Shown here in pieces: positions 41,875 through 54,644 of a stretch of DNA of 64,000 nucleotides. Numbering within the stretch: position 1 is the stretch's first letter; each line of letters opens with the position of its first letter. The stretch is from the NCBI RefSeq assembly GCF_006345805.1, contig NC_043013.1:24490001-24554000 (forward strand), in the 5' to 3' direction. The DNA is from Octopus sinensis. Its lineage: Eukaryota. Made by a program: the position numbers and the translations under genes. The notes under the pieces are model-generated. The model was not told the DNA's origin, ran no database searches, and saw nothing but the letters and a program-made list of their open reading frames with translations.

Positions 41875-43676
41875 GCATGTGTGTGTGTTTGGATAGATAG
41901 ATAGATAGATATTACAGCGACGACTCTAGTCATAGATAGGAGATAGCAGCAATGATTTATGTGAAAAACGTACAGTGTTATTACACAGAATCAGGCGGCT
42001 TAAAGGAATAGTTTTGGGGAAAAAGTTGGAAGTTGAAGGATATCTATAAAAATTTTTTTTAACCAGGACCCGGTTTACCACAGCAGGATTATTGCAGCGA
42101 TAAAATGGGCAACGAGTGAAAGGCGAAAATCGGCAAATAAATCAATATAAACCTGAAGAAATAACAATACCTAACCTTTGAAATTTGTGAACAGAAATTA
42201 GGAAGGAAGAAAGTAAATCACTTTAAAAGTGCGGCAGTTGAACTCTGACCCAGTGATATGGGTGGAAACAAAACGTGTGTCTGTGTGTTTCTATGTATAC
42301 TTGAGCGTATATGTTAGATGATGACGATGACGAGGATATTGATGATGATGATGATGGTTTTTCTCTTGTATGGTTTGAGTCTAATCACATCTCCAAAATA
42401 ATACTGTTTTAAGTCTATCAACTTCGAAAGAAAAACAATGCAGAACATATTTCGTTACCGCAGAGAGTTTTTCTTTGTATTAATTGTGTGTGTGTGTGTG
42501 TAAGAAAGAAAGAAAGATAGAGAGAAAGAGAAACAGTGACAGAATCTCTGTGTGTGCAGGAGAAGGGTGAGATAAGAGAGAAAGGGGGAGGAAGGGAGTG
42601 AGAAGGTGGAAGAGAAAGTAGGAGAGAGGGAGAGAGAGAGAAATTATCACCAAGACGCACATCACAGATTTTAAAAATCCTGGTGCAAAGGAAGACATCA
42701 TTACTATATCAGTCTGCCAATGACTGCTTTTAATGGTTGTTTGTAAATGTCAACGCGGAGTTATAGATTTAAACAGCCACGAAACAGAAATGATGATGAT
42801 AGTGATGATGATGGTGATGATGATGGTGGTGATGATGACGACGACGGCGACGATGTCGACGGTGTCGATGTCGATAATGATAATGACTGGAAGATGTCAT
42901 GAAACAAATTACTTTTGTTGTGTGAAATAATCAGGAATAGCAGGCAGTCATTTAGAGACATTTTCTAAGTTCACAACGACGAAAGTTGCTTGCGAAACAT
43001 GAGCCCCAACACTACATGCATAAATATATACATATATACACTCACACAATATATGCATATACCGACATTATACATCCTTAAGAGAATATGCATATCTGCA
43101 ATGTATATACGCTGTATTTATGTGTGTGTGTAGTTAATTTAGCCTTAATATACTTAGATAAGGATAGATTTTTACAGAATATTTATGTATGTGTGTATTT
43201 ACAAAATTATATGGGCATATATTTTGTTACTCAACGATATAAAATATCTGTATTGCATATTACATTCTATGTTGTAAACTATTATTATCACATGTGTGGT
43301 TAACATTATCACTTGGTGTAATAATATTGCTATGATAGGTGATATGGTTTATTTGATGTGTATTTTTACACATATTTGATGTATGTTTATTTTCCGTTCA
43401 CCTGTCTAGTTGTTTGCTGACATTATCATTACTTACGCCTATCTTTCCAAATTTACATGTGTATTTGTTTATATCCTTAATTAGAACAGAGGTTGTAACG
43501 CCATTCACAACTCTCAGCTACAAAAAAGAGAAAATTAAGACTAATACACTCACCCATGTCCTTTATGACGCCTTAATTTTATCTGGAAATCTCTCTCTGT
43601 TTTAAATTGAATTTCGTGTACAATATATTAGTAAATGAGTTGTGAATTTCAATGTGAATTCATTCAACTCAATCAA

Positions 43677-43722
<46 letters not shown>

Positions 43723-43732
43723 AATGAATAAA

Positions 43733-43785
<53 letters not shown>

Positions 43786-44072
43786 GAGTGAAGAGGATCA
43801 AACTCATTACTTCGTGTAGATTTATGTATCTAAACTGAAAATTTGATCGTTAGTTCTGCATCATGCAAAGGGAATCCAGTACATCGCAGAGCGTGAAATT
43901 CAATTAGCGTCCCAATCCCATGTGAGCGTGTGGCTGTGTGTGTGTGTGGGGTGGGGGTGTGTGTGGGTATAGTTACAAGTATTAGATTCAGTTAACTAAT
44001 GAACGGTAACATGAAGCTAGTAGTTGTAATGTAAGACCTTTCAGCTTTAAAATAAAACTATAATCACTACTG

Positions 44073-44206
44073 ATATATATGTATGTGTGTATATATATAT
44101 GTATGTATATATGTGTATGTATATATATATATATGTATGTATATATGTGTATGTATATATATATATATATGTATGTATGTATATATATGTATATATATGT
44201 ATGTAT

Positions 44207-44242
<36 letters not shown>

Positions 44243-44421
44243 GTGTGTATATATATATGCATGTATGTATGTGTGTATATATACATATATATGTATGTAT
44301 ATATATATCTGTGTATGTATATGTATATATATATATGTATGTATATATGTGTATATATATATGTGTATATATATATATATGTATATATGTGTATATATAT
44401 ATGTATATGTATGTATATATG

Positions 44422-44456
<35 letters not shown>

Positions 44457-44515
44457 GTATATATGTATATATATATGTGTATGTATATATGTGCGTATAT
44501 ATATATGTATATATG

Positions 44516-44559
<44 letters not shown>

Positions 44560-44717
44560 GTATATATGTATAAATATATATATATGTATGTATATATGTA
44601 TATATATATGTATGTATATATATATATATATGTATGTATATATATATATGCATATATATATGTATATATATATATTATATATATATATATGTATTATGTA
44701 TATATATATATATATAT

Positions 44718-44750
<33 letters not shown>

Positions 44751-45243
44751 TATATATATATATATATGTATGTATATATGTATATATATATGTGTGTGTG
44801 TATATATGTATATATATATTATATATATATATGTATATATGCATATATATATATTATATATATATATATGTATGTATATATGTATATATATATGTATGTA
44901 TATATGCATATATATATGTATGTATATATGTATATATATATGTATGTATATATGTATATATATATATGCATATATATATATTATATATATATATATATAT
45001 ATATCTATATATGTATATATGTATGTATATATATAGTATATATGTATATATATGTATATATATATGTGTATGTACATATATATATATGTATATATATGTA
45101 TATATGTATATATATATATATGTATGTATATATATATATATGTGTATACATATATATATATATATTATTATATGTATGTATATATATATATTATATATGT
45201 GTGTGTGTGTGTGAGTATGTCTATATATATATATATATATATA
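44073..45243. repeat. ~1.2 kb (TA)n/(TATG)n microsatellite just 3' of the receptor stop codon
   Basis: Direct inspection. Confidence 0.95.
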
Positions 45244-45456
45244 CAGATCTCAGGCATATCATAATCTTTGAGAGCATATCACATGTTCTGTATGGATATT
45301 TGGGCTTATGAAGATATTTAACTAAATATGAGATTCTGATTTGTTTCATATTCACGGGGATCGTATGTTTGGGAGAGATATGTATGGAAGTGATTTCATG
45401 CGTTTATGGCATTCAGGAATTTATCAGCCGAACTTTGAATAGTAAATTTTTCATAT

Positions 45457-46050
45457 TCATGTAAATGATGAGTTAAAAACTGAGCTTCCACGCGCTCGGT
45501 AAGCTTCTTCGCGTGCATCTTGTCGCTGACCAGGTATAATAACTAGAATAACAATGTAAGCAACGATGGTGGATATGAAATAAATCCAGAACAGAAATCG
45601 ATCAATAACACATGCTATCCGCTGCCATTCTGCCACGACAATCTTCCGTGATAATAGTGCCTGATACACAGCACACGGCCATTTTTCGTCATTTTGTTTA
45701 CATTCAAAATCGATGTTTTTTTCGTTTTCTGTTTTGACTGAGATCTGGCGCGGAAAATGGTTATTGTTTTCGCATTCGGGAGACTTGTCAGAGACTTCCG
45801 GTTGGGGTGGAGCATTTTCTGGAATTATTTCTTCCTCCCTTAGCCACGTTCCTTCATCTTCGTTTTGGAGCTCTAGTGGTTCTACGGTATCAATATCGTT
45901 TTTCGTATAACGTCGATGACGTACACGTCCAACGTCATAGAGAGAACGAGGGTGTTTTTCTCTTTGAGCAGCAATTGAACCGATTGTACCGTTTTGTTTT
46001 TTATCTTTTCCGTGTTTTGTGCACGTATAAAGACCTTCTTTTTCTTCGGT
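45457..46050 (-). CDS. Nicotinic acetylcholine receptor-like subunit (alpha9/alpha10-like), last exon: intracellular loop, MA helix, TM4
   Basis: Acceptor TTTATTGCAG at 46051-46052; EWQRIACVIDRFLFWIY motif; stop TGA at 45457. Confidence 0.95.
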   Translation of the reverse strand, partial: TEEKEGLYTCTKHGKDKKQNGTIGSIAAQREKHPRSLYDVGRVRHRRYTKNDIDTVEPLELQNEDEGTWLREEEIIPENAPPQPEVSDKSPECENNNHFPRQISVKTENEKNIDFECKQNDEKWPCAVYQALLSRKIVVAEWQRIACVIDRFLFWIYFISTIVAYIVILVIIPGQRQDAREEAYRARGSSVFNSSFT

Positions 46051-48106
46051 CTGCAATAAATAAATAAGTAAATAAACATACGATTAGTATTAGTATTTTT
46101 AAGCACGATAAAACCTTAAAGTACCAAAGTACTTTAAAGAAACAAGGAAAAGAAATATATTGTTAATAAGCAGGATACAAAAAAAAAACGAGAGAGAGGG
46201 GGAGAGACTAACAGACAAACAAGAAGAAAGGTAATACAAAAAGGTAGATATAAAATAAAAGGCAGACAGAAAGTTAACGAGTGTCCGAAAAGTGGTTATT
46301 TGATACCTAAACAATCTCATACGATAAATTAAATCTGATAAGGTAATAAGTTAAATTTGATAATAAATGAAATCTTATGAGAATCTTTCTTGAAACCTAC
46401 ATTACATTCTCCGTTTCATAGCATAGACTGTCACTTCGAATAAAGTGTGCAAGAAACAGAAAATGTTTTTATTTGTCGAGCATGAAATAATCAGCAATTG
46501 TAAAATAATTAAGGGAATGGCCATGGGAAATTAAAAAAATTATTTCTAGATTATATACCCAGAATATAACTTCATATTTGCTTGTGCTATCTCTAGAGCA
46601 CAAGGTCATATAACTCAGTAAACTCGGTCTTGAGGAATTTTGCTTCACAAAAACAATATCAGAAAGGGTAAGATGGATTTTCATGTTATTTTCAATATTG
46701 TTAAGATTTCTGTTGCAAATTACTTTTAAAATATTCGCTGTATACCGTACAAAAGACCCCAGCATTTGGGTAACTAAAATTTCTTACTTTTTTTAATAAA
46801 AAAAAAGCAATATGTAAAGGAACAATCATACATGTAATCATGTGTGCGAACAAATCTGTAAAGGTGAAGGAAAAAGTATATCAGACTTAAGCTATGTACG
46901 TGGCTCTATTTAGCTTGTATTGTCGAGACTGTGGTTCCGAATGGTTTTCGTCAAAAAGTTTTAGAAAGTAGTAAAACTATATTTTTGGAGTCTTCCGATG
47001 TATTTATGTAGGCAGCTGCATAGACATTATTTCGGCCGATAGTTACTTTAGAAACATACTTAGACTAACCGTGTGAGTTTTGGGTCCGAATAATTTGTAG
47101 ATTAGACTTTTAATCCAAAGTCTATGTCATTAGACTTTCTGTCTTAACACTTTGAGCAATTTTTATCCTTCGAGTTATCGGTGATATAAAAGTTGTCGGT
47201 ACATCTATTTTAGTCCCGACCTGTAAATTCTTCATTCAATATGAGTGATTTAAATATAAGGGACCCACTTGTATACCTTGTTCTCTAATTATTTAAACAC
47301 GATTCAGTTTCCGCTACAACACAACCTAAAGTGCATCCACTGCATGAGAATTCTTCGTTTCACATAGGTGTAACCCTGTGTAAACCAGCCAATACAAGTT
47401 TTTCACTGAAAAGCCTCATATTCATTTTCTCAAAGCCAGTGAATGAAGTCAGTATTTCAGTACAAGATTAGCAATTGACAGAAACATAAAAGGAGAATAT
47501 ATCGCTATTGCCGATGAGCGTCTGCTTCAGTCCTTCATCAACAATGACTTTTATCGAGCAGCTGAAAACAGGAGAAACGGATCGAATGTTTCAACCAATA
47601 CAAATTACATCCACCATGTTCTTCATCGAAGCTTCAATAAATTCGGATCAAGTTTACCATCTGCAAGCTGAAGAGGCACCAATTACTTCTTTGCTATAAA
47701 TCAGATAAATACAAACGTCTATGACTATGGTGCATCGTGGACATGCAAGAGCTGAAGAAAAGTCACCTAGAAACTTCAGGAGAGAAAGAGAGAGAGAGAG
47801 ACTAGGGTGTGATTTGAGGGAAATTTAGATTATATTTCAAGCACATAGAAAAACTATGTAGGGTCCTATGATTTTTACTCTCTCATCTGATGGAAACAGC
47901 AGATCAATACAAATTTGTAAAAATTTGGAATGAACTTATATTTATTAGTACAGTGAAACTAAATTCTTTAAGAAAGAAGCGCTGTTTTGTTGAGGGCAAC
48001 TTCTGTGTAGGAGAAATGCAAAGAATAAATAATAGAAAAGTAGACATGCATATAAGTACAATAATAACCATTTTCATGCACTTGTTAAGAAGAGTTTTAC
48101 ACTTAC

Positions 48107-48300
48107 AAGTGTGATAACTTTAGCAAGGTGTTCTATGTCATGTTTCATTTTTAGGGGACTAGAGGCAAACTCCAAAATCAGTTTCCTAAGCCATTTTGGG
48201 GCTCGTCTAGTTTTCATTCCTCGATTATACAGATTAATGACCATGACTGCCATTATAACTGATACAGAGGTCATAGTCATGACAAGACACAGATATATAC
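48107..48300 (-). CDS. nAChR-like subunit exon: TM3 and MX helix
   Basis: CAG|G acceptor and GTAAGT donor; GIYLCLVMTMTSVSVIMAVMVINLYNRG...APKWLRKLIL; phases match both neighbours. Confidence 0.95.
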
Positions 48301-48618
48301 CTGCAATAATCAAAGAAACACGAGTTAATCTAAAGATCATCAAATAAACTTCCAGATTCATCTTTTCCTATTTTTTTCCCGATATGTTTGTCTTCAGAAT
48401 TACTGAACAAAATACTTCATGCTGCAGCTCTTTGGAATGATAAACAGTAAGATGTATAATGCCTTTGATATTTTTTATTATCTTAATGGTCTCAGTCTTT
48501 CGACTGCCGCTGCGACGGGGACATCGTCTTCCAGAAATTTAACAATCCGATACTAATTTCATTGACTTCTATTTATTGATAATCTTTTGGCAACACATAC
48601 ATACATACACACATATAC

Positions 48619-48784
<166 letters not shown>

Positions 48785-48811
48785 CGTGTATATATATATA
48801 TATATATAAAT

Positions 48812-49355
48812 ATTCCATAATATTATCCATAGTGCACCTCTGTTCACCGTATGAAAGGCCTTTGTCAGATCAACAAAGATCTGACACAGAGAAACCCGCT
48901 GCTCAATACATTTCTCTTGAATCTGCCTTGCTGAGAGGATCATATCAATCATCTCTCTGCCAGATCTAAAGCCACTTTGTGACTCAGGGATTACTGTTGG
49001 ACAAATGTCCTCCATCAACCTGTTCAACAATAATCCAACAAGAACTTTCGCACAGACTCCAGCAGAGTGATACCGAGGTAGTGAACGCAGATTCCTTTAT
49101 CGCCCTTCCCTTCAAACAGGGTCACCAAAAGACCATCTATCCAATCTTGTGGTATAGGAGTTCCATCCTAGCACACTGTGATGGGGTGAAGTATTGTTTG
49201 TATTATATCCTTAATACCAACCTTAAACAATTCCACAGGAATTCCATCTGATCCAGGTGCCTTACCTTTGTTTAACTTGTTAATAACCATTTTAACCTCA
49301 TAATTTAGTAATCGATCAATTTTGAAATTTACAATACATTGGGTGATGCCATCTA
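48812..49355 (-). mobile_element. RTE-clade LINE reverse-transcriptase fragment (intronic)
   Basis: GKAPGSDGIPVELFK; PESQSGFRSGR...QEKCIEQ...FVDLTKAF. Confidence 0.85.
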
Positions 49356-49593
49356 GTACATACATACATACATACATACATACATACATACATACATACA
49401 TACATACATACATACATACATACATACATACGTACATACATACATACATATTGTGTAAGATATAAGTTAGAGGTTATGCTTAGTTGTTGCCTGCCACGTT
49501 CTTCAATTTTTTGTTTTGATTTTTTATATATACATATAGCGGCGTATGTACACTTTTGGTCTCCTATATATATATCAAATGGGGTGATTATAA

Positions 49594-49708
49594 TCAAAAT
49601 AAGCAACAAGGATATCCAAAAGTAGTGTAGTACAATCATTTAATTAAATGAAGTAGCATGAAACGATTGTACTACACTACCTTTGGATATCCTTGTTGCT
49701 TATTTTGA
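49594..49708. repeat. Hairpin (~48 bp arms) turning at a hammerhead 3'-half-like motif GAAAC-GATT-GTA
   Basis: TCAAAATAAGCAACAAGGATATCCAAA... / ...TTTGGATATCCTTGTTGCTTATTTTGA, between (TA)n tracts. Confidence 0.85.
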
Positions 49709-49777
<69 letters not shown>

Positions 49778-49812
49778 CGAAAAGAAAATATAAAATACAC
49801 GTGGAAATGTAA

Positions 49813-50193
49813 GGGTAAAATATGAAAAATCAACGAAAACGTACATTGCAAATATAAATGGCTATTTATGACAGGTAACGACAAATATATACATTTAGAA
49901 TGACTGAGGTAGTAATACGAGTCATAAATGTCATTATTATGAGATGATTATAAGATGATAATAAAGTAAGAGAACAAAACAGACCATGGTTTACGCAAAT
50001 GAATAGCTTTGCGTAAACCATGGTCCGTTTTGTTCTCTTACTTTATTATCATCTTATAATCATCTCATAATAATGACTTTTATGACTCGTATTACTGCCT
50101 CAGTCATTGTAAATGTATATATTTGTCGTTACCTGTCATAAATAGCCTTTTTTTATTTGCAATGTGCATTTTCGTTGATTTTTCATATTTTAC

Positions 50194-50195
<2 letters not shown>
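49813..50195. repeat. Fold-back inverted repeat (~187 bp arms, 8-nt loop) between (TA)n tracts
   Basis: ...GACCATGGTTTACGCAAA-TGAATAGC-TTTGCGTAAACCATGGTC...; few mismatches. Confidence 0.9.
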
Positions 50196-50260
<65 letters not shown>

Positions 50261-50643
50261 GGAAGCACTCCGTCGGTTACGACGACGAGGGTTCCGGTTG
50301 ATCCGAATCAACGGAACAGCCTGCTCGTGAAATTAACGTGTAAGTGGCTGAGCACTCCACAGACACGTGCACCCTTAACGTAGTTCTCGGGGATATTCAG
50401 CGTGACACAGAGAGTGACAAGGCCGGCCCTTTGAAATACAGGTACAACAGAAACAGGAAGTAAGAGCGAGAGAAAGTTGTGGTGAAAGAGTACAGCATGG
50501 ATCACCACCATCCCCTGCCGGAGCCTCGTGGAGCTTTAGGTGTTTTCGCTCAATAAACACTCACAACGCCCGGTCTGGGAATCGAAACCGTGATCCTACG
50601 ACCGCGAGTCCGCTGCCCTAACCACTGGGCCATTGCGCCTCCA
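50261..50643 (-). mobile_element. Young full-length SINE (same family as 6271-6655)
   Basis: Near-identical to 6271-6655. Confidence 0.9.
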
Positions 50644-50884
50644 CATATATATATACTTTTATTCTGTTATTCTTTTATGCTTTTAATTGCTTCAGTCATA
50701 TCACTACAGCCATGCTGGAGCACCACCTTTAATCAAACAAATCCACCCCACTACTTATTCTTTGTAAGCCTAGTACTTATTCTACATTATCTTTTGCTGA
50801 ACCGCTAAGTTACACACCAACATCGGTTGTCAAGCGATGGTGGGGGGACAAACACAGGCATACAAACATATACATATATATGCT

Positions 50885-52290
50885 CGTAACACTGTAAACT
50901 GTTCCACTCCTGTGCAACACACTTGATCAAATAAGCCAGACAACAGATATAGGTATCAGGATGTCCTCTGATTCAATCCAATTTTCGGTTTGCATGTTTC
51001 AACCAAGATCGCTGGAAAATTTTTGCCGCTTTGGACAAATATTTTCCTAAATCTCATCGACATCATGCTACTTTTAATCGGCACACCGTGAAGGTATCCT
51101 ATGCAAATTCTGCTAATTTAGAGCACCTTATGCACCGCACAAACAATAGTAAAATGTGACAACAGTTCAATAACCCATCTATTGAATCTAGCAAACATAC
51201 GCATCTAAATACCAACAAAGGAGATGTAAACCGCAATGAAAGGGACCAATTACGGCCAAATTGAAATATGATGCTTATGATATAGCTAACATGGTAACAA
51301 CGTTGAACTGCCATATATACCAATAAATATGATGTGCTCATGCAGAGAAAAATCAAAATGCCCATTGATGAACCTCTATATGAGTAAAAATCTTGTATAT
51401 AAATGTACCGTGCACACAAGGGGGTGGCCGTATGCTTACATTGGGCAGACAGCTGATTCATTTAAGACTATATCGCCAGCTTCAAGGGAATCAATAAGAG
51501 ACATTCAACATCTTTGGCTGATTTTGTATGGTGACTGAAGGAAGGTAAAATTTAGTACAACATAACTTGGCCCATTGTAAGGCACGTAAAACCATACAAT
51601 ATCATTTCCAGAAGATGCCGACTCTGCTCCGAGGAATCCCTCTCTACTCTGTGGACCGTTAAGAAGATCATTAATAAAATGACTGAAAGACTCTCAAGAT
51701 GCCTACACTCATATAAATGTACTTTCGCACAACACAGTGAGAATGAATTTGAATGAGTGTTAACATAATTTACTGAAGGCATGGATAAATTAAGTTTAAC
51801 TTTAACCTATCCATTTTTATAAATACCAAATAGCTATTTAACTCGCTTTGTGATCGTGAGTGCACCAAACCACATGTGTGCGTATGCTCACATTTTCGTG
51901 GATTCTTGTATGAGCGAGTGTGCACACGCCATGCAACTTGCGCGAGGGCGTTTATACATCCATATCTGTTAACGGATATTTTTTCTCGCTATATTATGCG
52001 TTCGTTACTTATTTGCATCTGTGATTTTGATATTCTATATAAATGAAGATATTTTCTTCGTTCTGTTGCTTTTCTATCTACGAAATAAAAAGGTTCATCG
52101 CGGAACTGTTATCTGAACTAGTTTTATTTATTTGCCACCCGATGAGACACATCTACACCACGGGATGCTCCTGAACAGGTTGTTAAGTGTCCCACCCGTG
52201 AGGGATCATTACTAGATGTGTCAAAACAATTGTCGTGATTGATTTATAAAAGTTCTCGTACGTTCAATCTTCTGTTCTACATTTACCATA
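50885..52290 (+). mobile_element. Penelope-like retroelement remnant (GIY-YIG endonuclease region plus 3' UTR with hammerhead motif)
   Basis: CSCREKSKCPL...NLVYKCTV...YIGQTADSFK (GIY-YIG) and later CRLCSEESL; stops and frameshifts; hammerhead-like motif at 52136-52237. Confidence 0.8.
52136..52237 (+). ncRNA. Mutated minimal type-I hammerhead ribozyme in the Penelope-like 3' end
   Basis: CAC-CCGATGA-GACACATCTA...TAGATGTGTC-AAAAC-AATT-GTC-GTG: perfect 10-bp stem II, palindromic stem III, GTC site; two core substitutions. Confidence 0.7.
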
Positions 52291-52722
52291 TATATATACG
52301 ACAGGCTTCCTTCAGTTTCCGTCTACCAAATCCACTCACAAGGCTTTGGTCAGCCTGAGGCTATAGTAGCAGACAACCACGTGGTTGGGAAGCAAGCTTC
52401 TTACCACACAACCACGCCTGCGCCTAAAATAGCAGTGGTGGTCACACCTAACCAAAAAGATACCACTCCGTCATATATTCATGTATAGTAGAGGAGCCCT
52501 AATTATTTCTTAGACGGATGAGCATCTACTTAGACTTCCTTCGATATTTTATAGAAATGAAAATCAGAAAAAAAATATCAACGTTCAAAATATTTTTTTT
52601 CTTATCAAATTCTATCGGAAGGGTGTAATGCAAAACATATCGTTAGAGTTAAATTCTACAAACAATTTTTATAGCTCCTTCAATTGTCTTCAAAATATAT
52701 TTGGGAAAAAGTGTATACTTAC

Positions 52723-53267
52723 CAATAAGCGGAACAGACTCGGATGTTGCTGGAACTTGTTCAGCAATAAGAAGCATGAACATCGAAAAAGCTAAAAATA
52801 CTGAGAGACCAAGGGTGATCTTTTCCCCTGACGTTGGTGGAAGCCAAAATGTTAGCAGCGTCAATGCCGATAACATCACACAGGGAATTATAATATTAAA
52901 TATATAGTAGAAAGTTCGGCGACGAATGTATAGAGTGTATGTCATATCTGGGTGAGGATCAGGACAGCAGGAGTGGGTGCGTATGTTCTTGTCCAGTCTG
53001 ATGTCCAGTAAATCCCATTCACTGTTATTGACGTAAGTGGTCAAATCGACCGGGTTACCCTCCATCATTGTTATATAATCGATCCATAAACCGCTGTAAA
53101 TCCAGGAACCGAATCGTAAAATGCATTGTTGGTCATCAAACGGAAAATATGTAATATCAACTTTACAGGAACTTTTTAATTTGACCGGTACTGGCCAGAG
53201 AACACTGCCATTATAGTTGACCAACACATATGTGCCTTGCATAAAGCCGGTTGAGCCATCATCTGCA
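52723..53267 (-). CDS. nAChR-like subunit exon: Cys-loop, loops B/C, TM1, TM2
   Basis: CKVDITYFPFDDQQC, FGSWIY, HSCCPDPHPD, GEKITLGLSVFLAFSMFMLLIAE; TAG acceptor at 53268-53269, GTAAGT donor. Confidence 0.98.
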
Positions 53268-53419
53268 CTAATTACAAGAAAACATAATAACAATTAATAA
53301 GATCAACATTTCATACTGTATATATTTACAATATTTGTATCAACGCTTCTACACGTTTGATATCCGATCCCAATCGGGTATCTTTTCTCTGAGTCATTAA
53401 ATTTAAAATGGTGAAAGTG

Positions 53420-53700
53420 AGTTGTTTAGTGGTTAGGGTACTCGGATCCTGATCGTAAGGTAGTGAGTTCGATTCCTGACGGTGCATTGTGACCTTGAGC
53501 AAGACACTTTATTTTACGTTGCTCCAGTTCACTCAGCTGGCAAAAATGAGTGGTACCTGTAATTCAAAGCGTCATCTTTGTCACATTTTGTGTCACATTG
53601 AATCTCCATGAGAACAACTTGCACGATAATTTCATGAACAAGTTCTTGCATTGATTGCATCTACAGGAACCCCTGCTACCTTAACCGACGGAATGCTATT
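53420..53700 (+). mobile_element. Diverged SINE related to the 6271/50261 family, opposite orientation
   Basis: GTGGTTAGGGTACTCG...GAGTTCGATTCC...TTGTCACATTTTGTGTCACATTGAATCTCCATGAGAAC...TAACCGACGGAATGCT. Confidence 0.7.
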
Positions 53701-53780
53701 TTAAAATTTAAAATAGATGCACTTATTTTTCGACTGGATTTTCCCATTCACAATGGCACTGATATGGTGGTGGGTAGTAA

Positions 53781-53812
<32 letters not shown>

Positions 53813-53981
53813 ATGATGACAGTGGCGATGGCGAAAGCGGCGGAGGTACTGGTTTTTTTTTTTATCCATTATGTAATAAAAGTCAATTAAATGCTTTAAC
53901 AGGGGAGGTAACTCGAAAATCTAGTCTAAATTTATGGAAGGGATGTAATCCCGAAAAATGAGATCTTTAAAGAAAATAGCT

Positions 53982-54050
<69 letters not shown>

Positions 54051-54644
54051 ATGGTGGTGGTGGTGGTGGTGGTGGTGGTTGCAGCAGCAGCAACAGTAGT
54101 AGTAGTAGTAGTATATATTCAGTGGTAGAGGCTTGTCATTACAACATCCCAATAATGTTTATAGTGCCGTTGTCTCTTACAAAAGGGGCGCCTCTATGTG
54201 GCTGTTCAATCTGCTAAAGTAGAAGCAAAATTTCTCACGATTTACTTACCCCATTTTAAACCACACGAAGCGTTTGGTATCTTTTACTTGTTTCACTCAT
54301 TGGATTGCGGCCACGCTGGGGCATCACCTTAAACTGTTTAGTCGAACAGGTCAACCCCAGTACTTATTTTTTTTAACGTCTTGTACTTACACAAACGGCT
54401 ACTCTGGCCGAACTGCTAAGTTACATGGCGATAAATAAATCAATACCGGTTTTCAACGTTGGTGTTAGGGTGAATACAAAAATATATACGTACACATACA
54501 AACACGCACATATACATACATAGATAGATACAAACACGCACAGATACATACATGCATACATACATACATACATACATACATACATACATACATACATACA
54601 TACATACATACATACAATGAAACAAAAACGCAATAGAGGACAAT

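Noticed and set aside
42079-42152. 74-bp minus-strand exon candidate (VYIDLFADFRLSLVAHFIAAIILL)
   Set aside because: Good acceptor but moderate donor, no homology and no linked exons.
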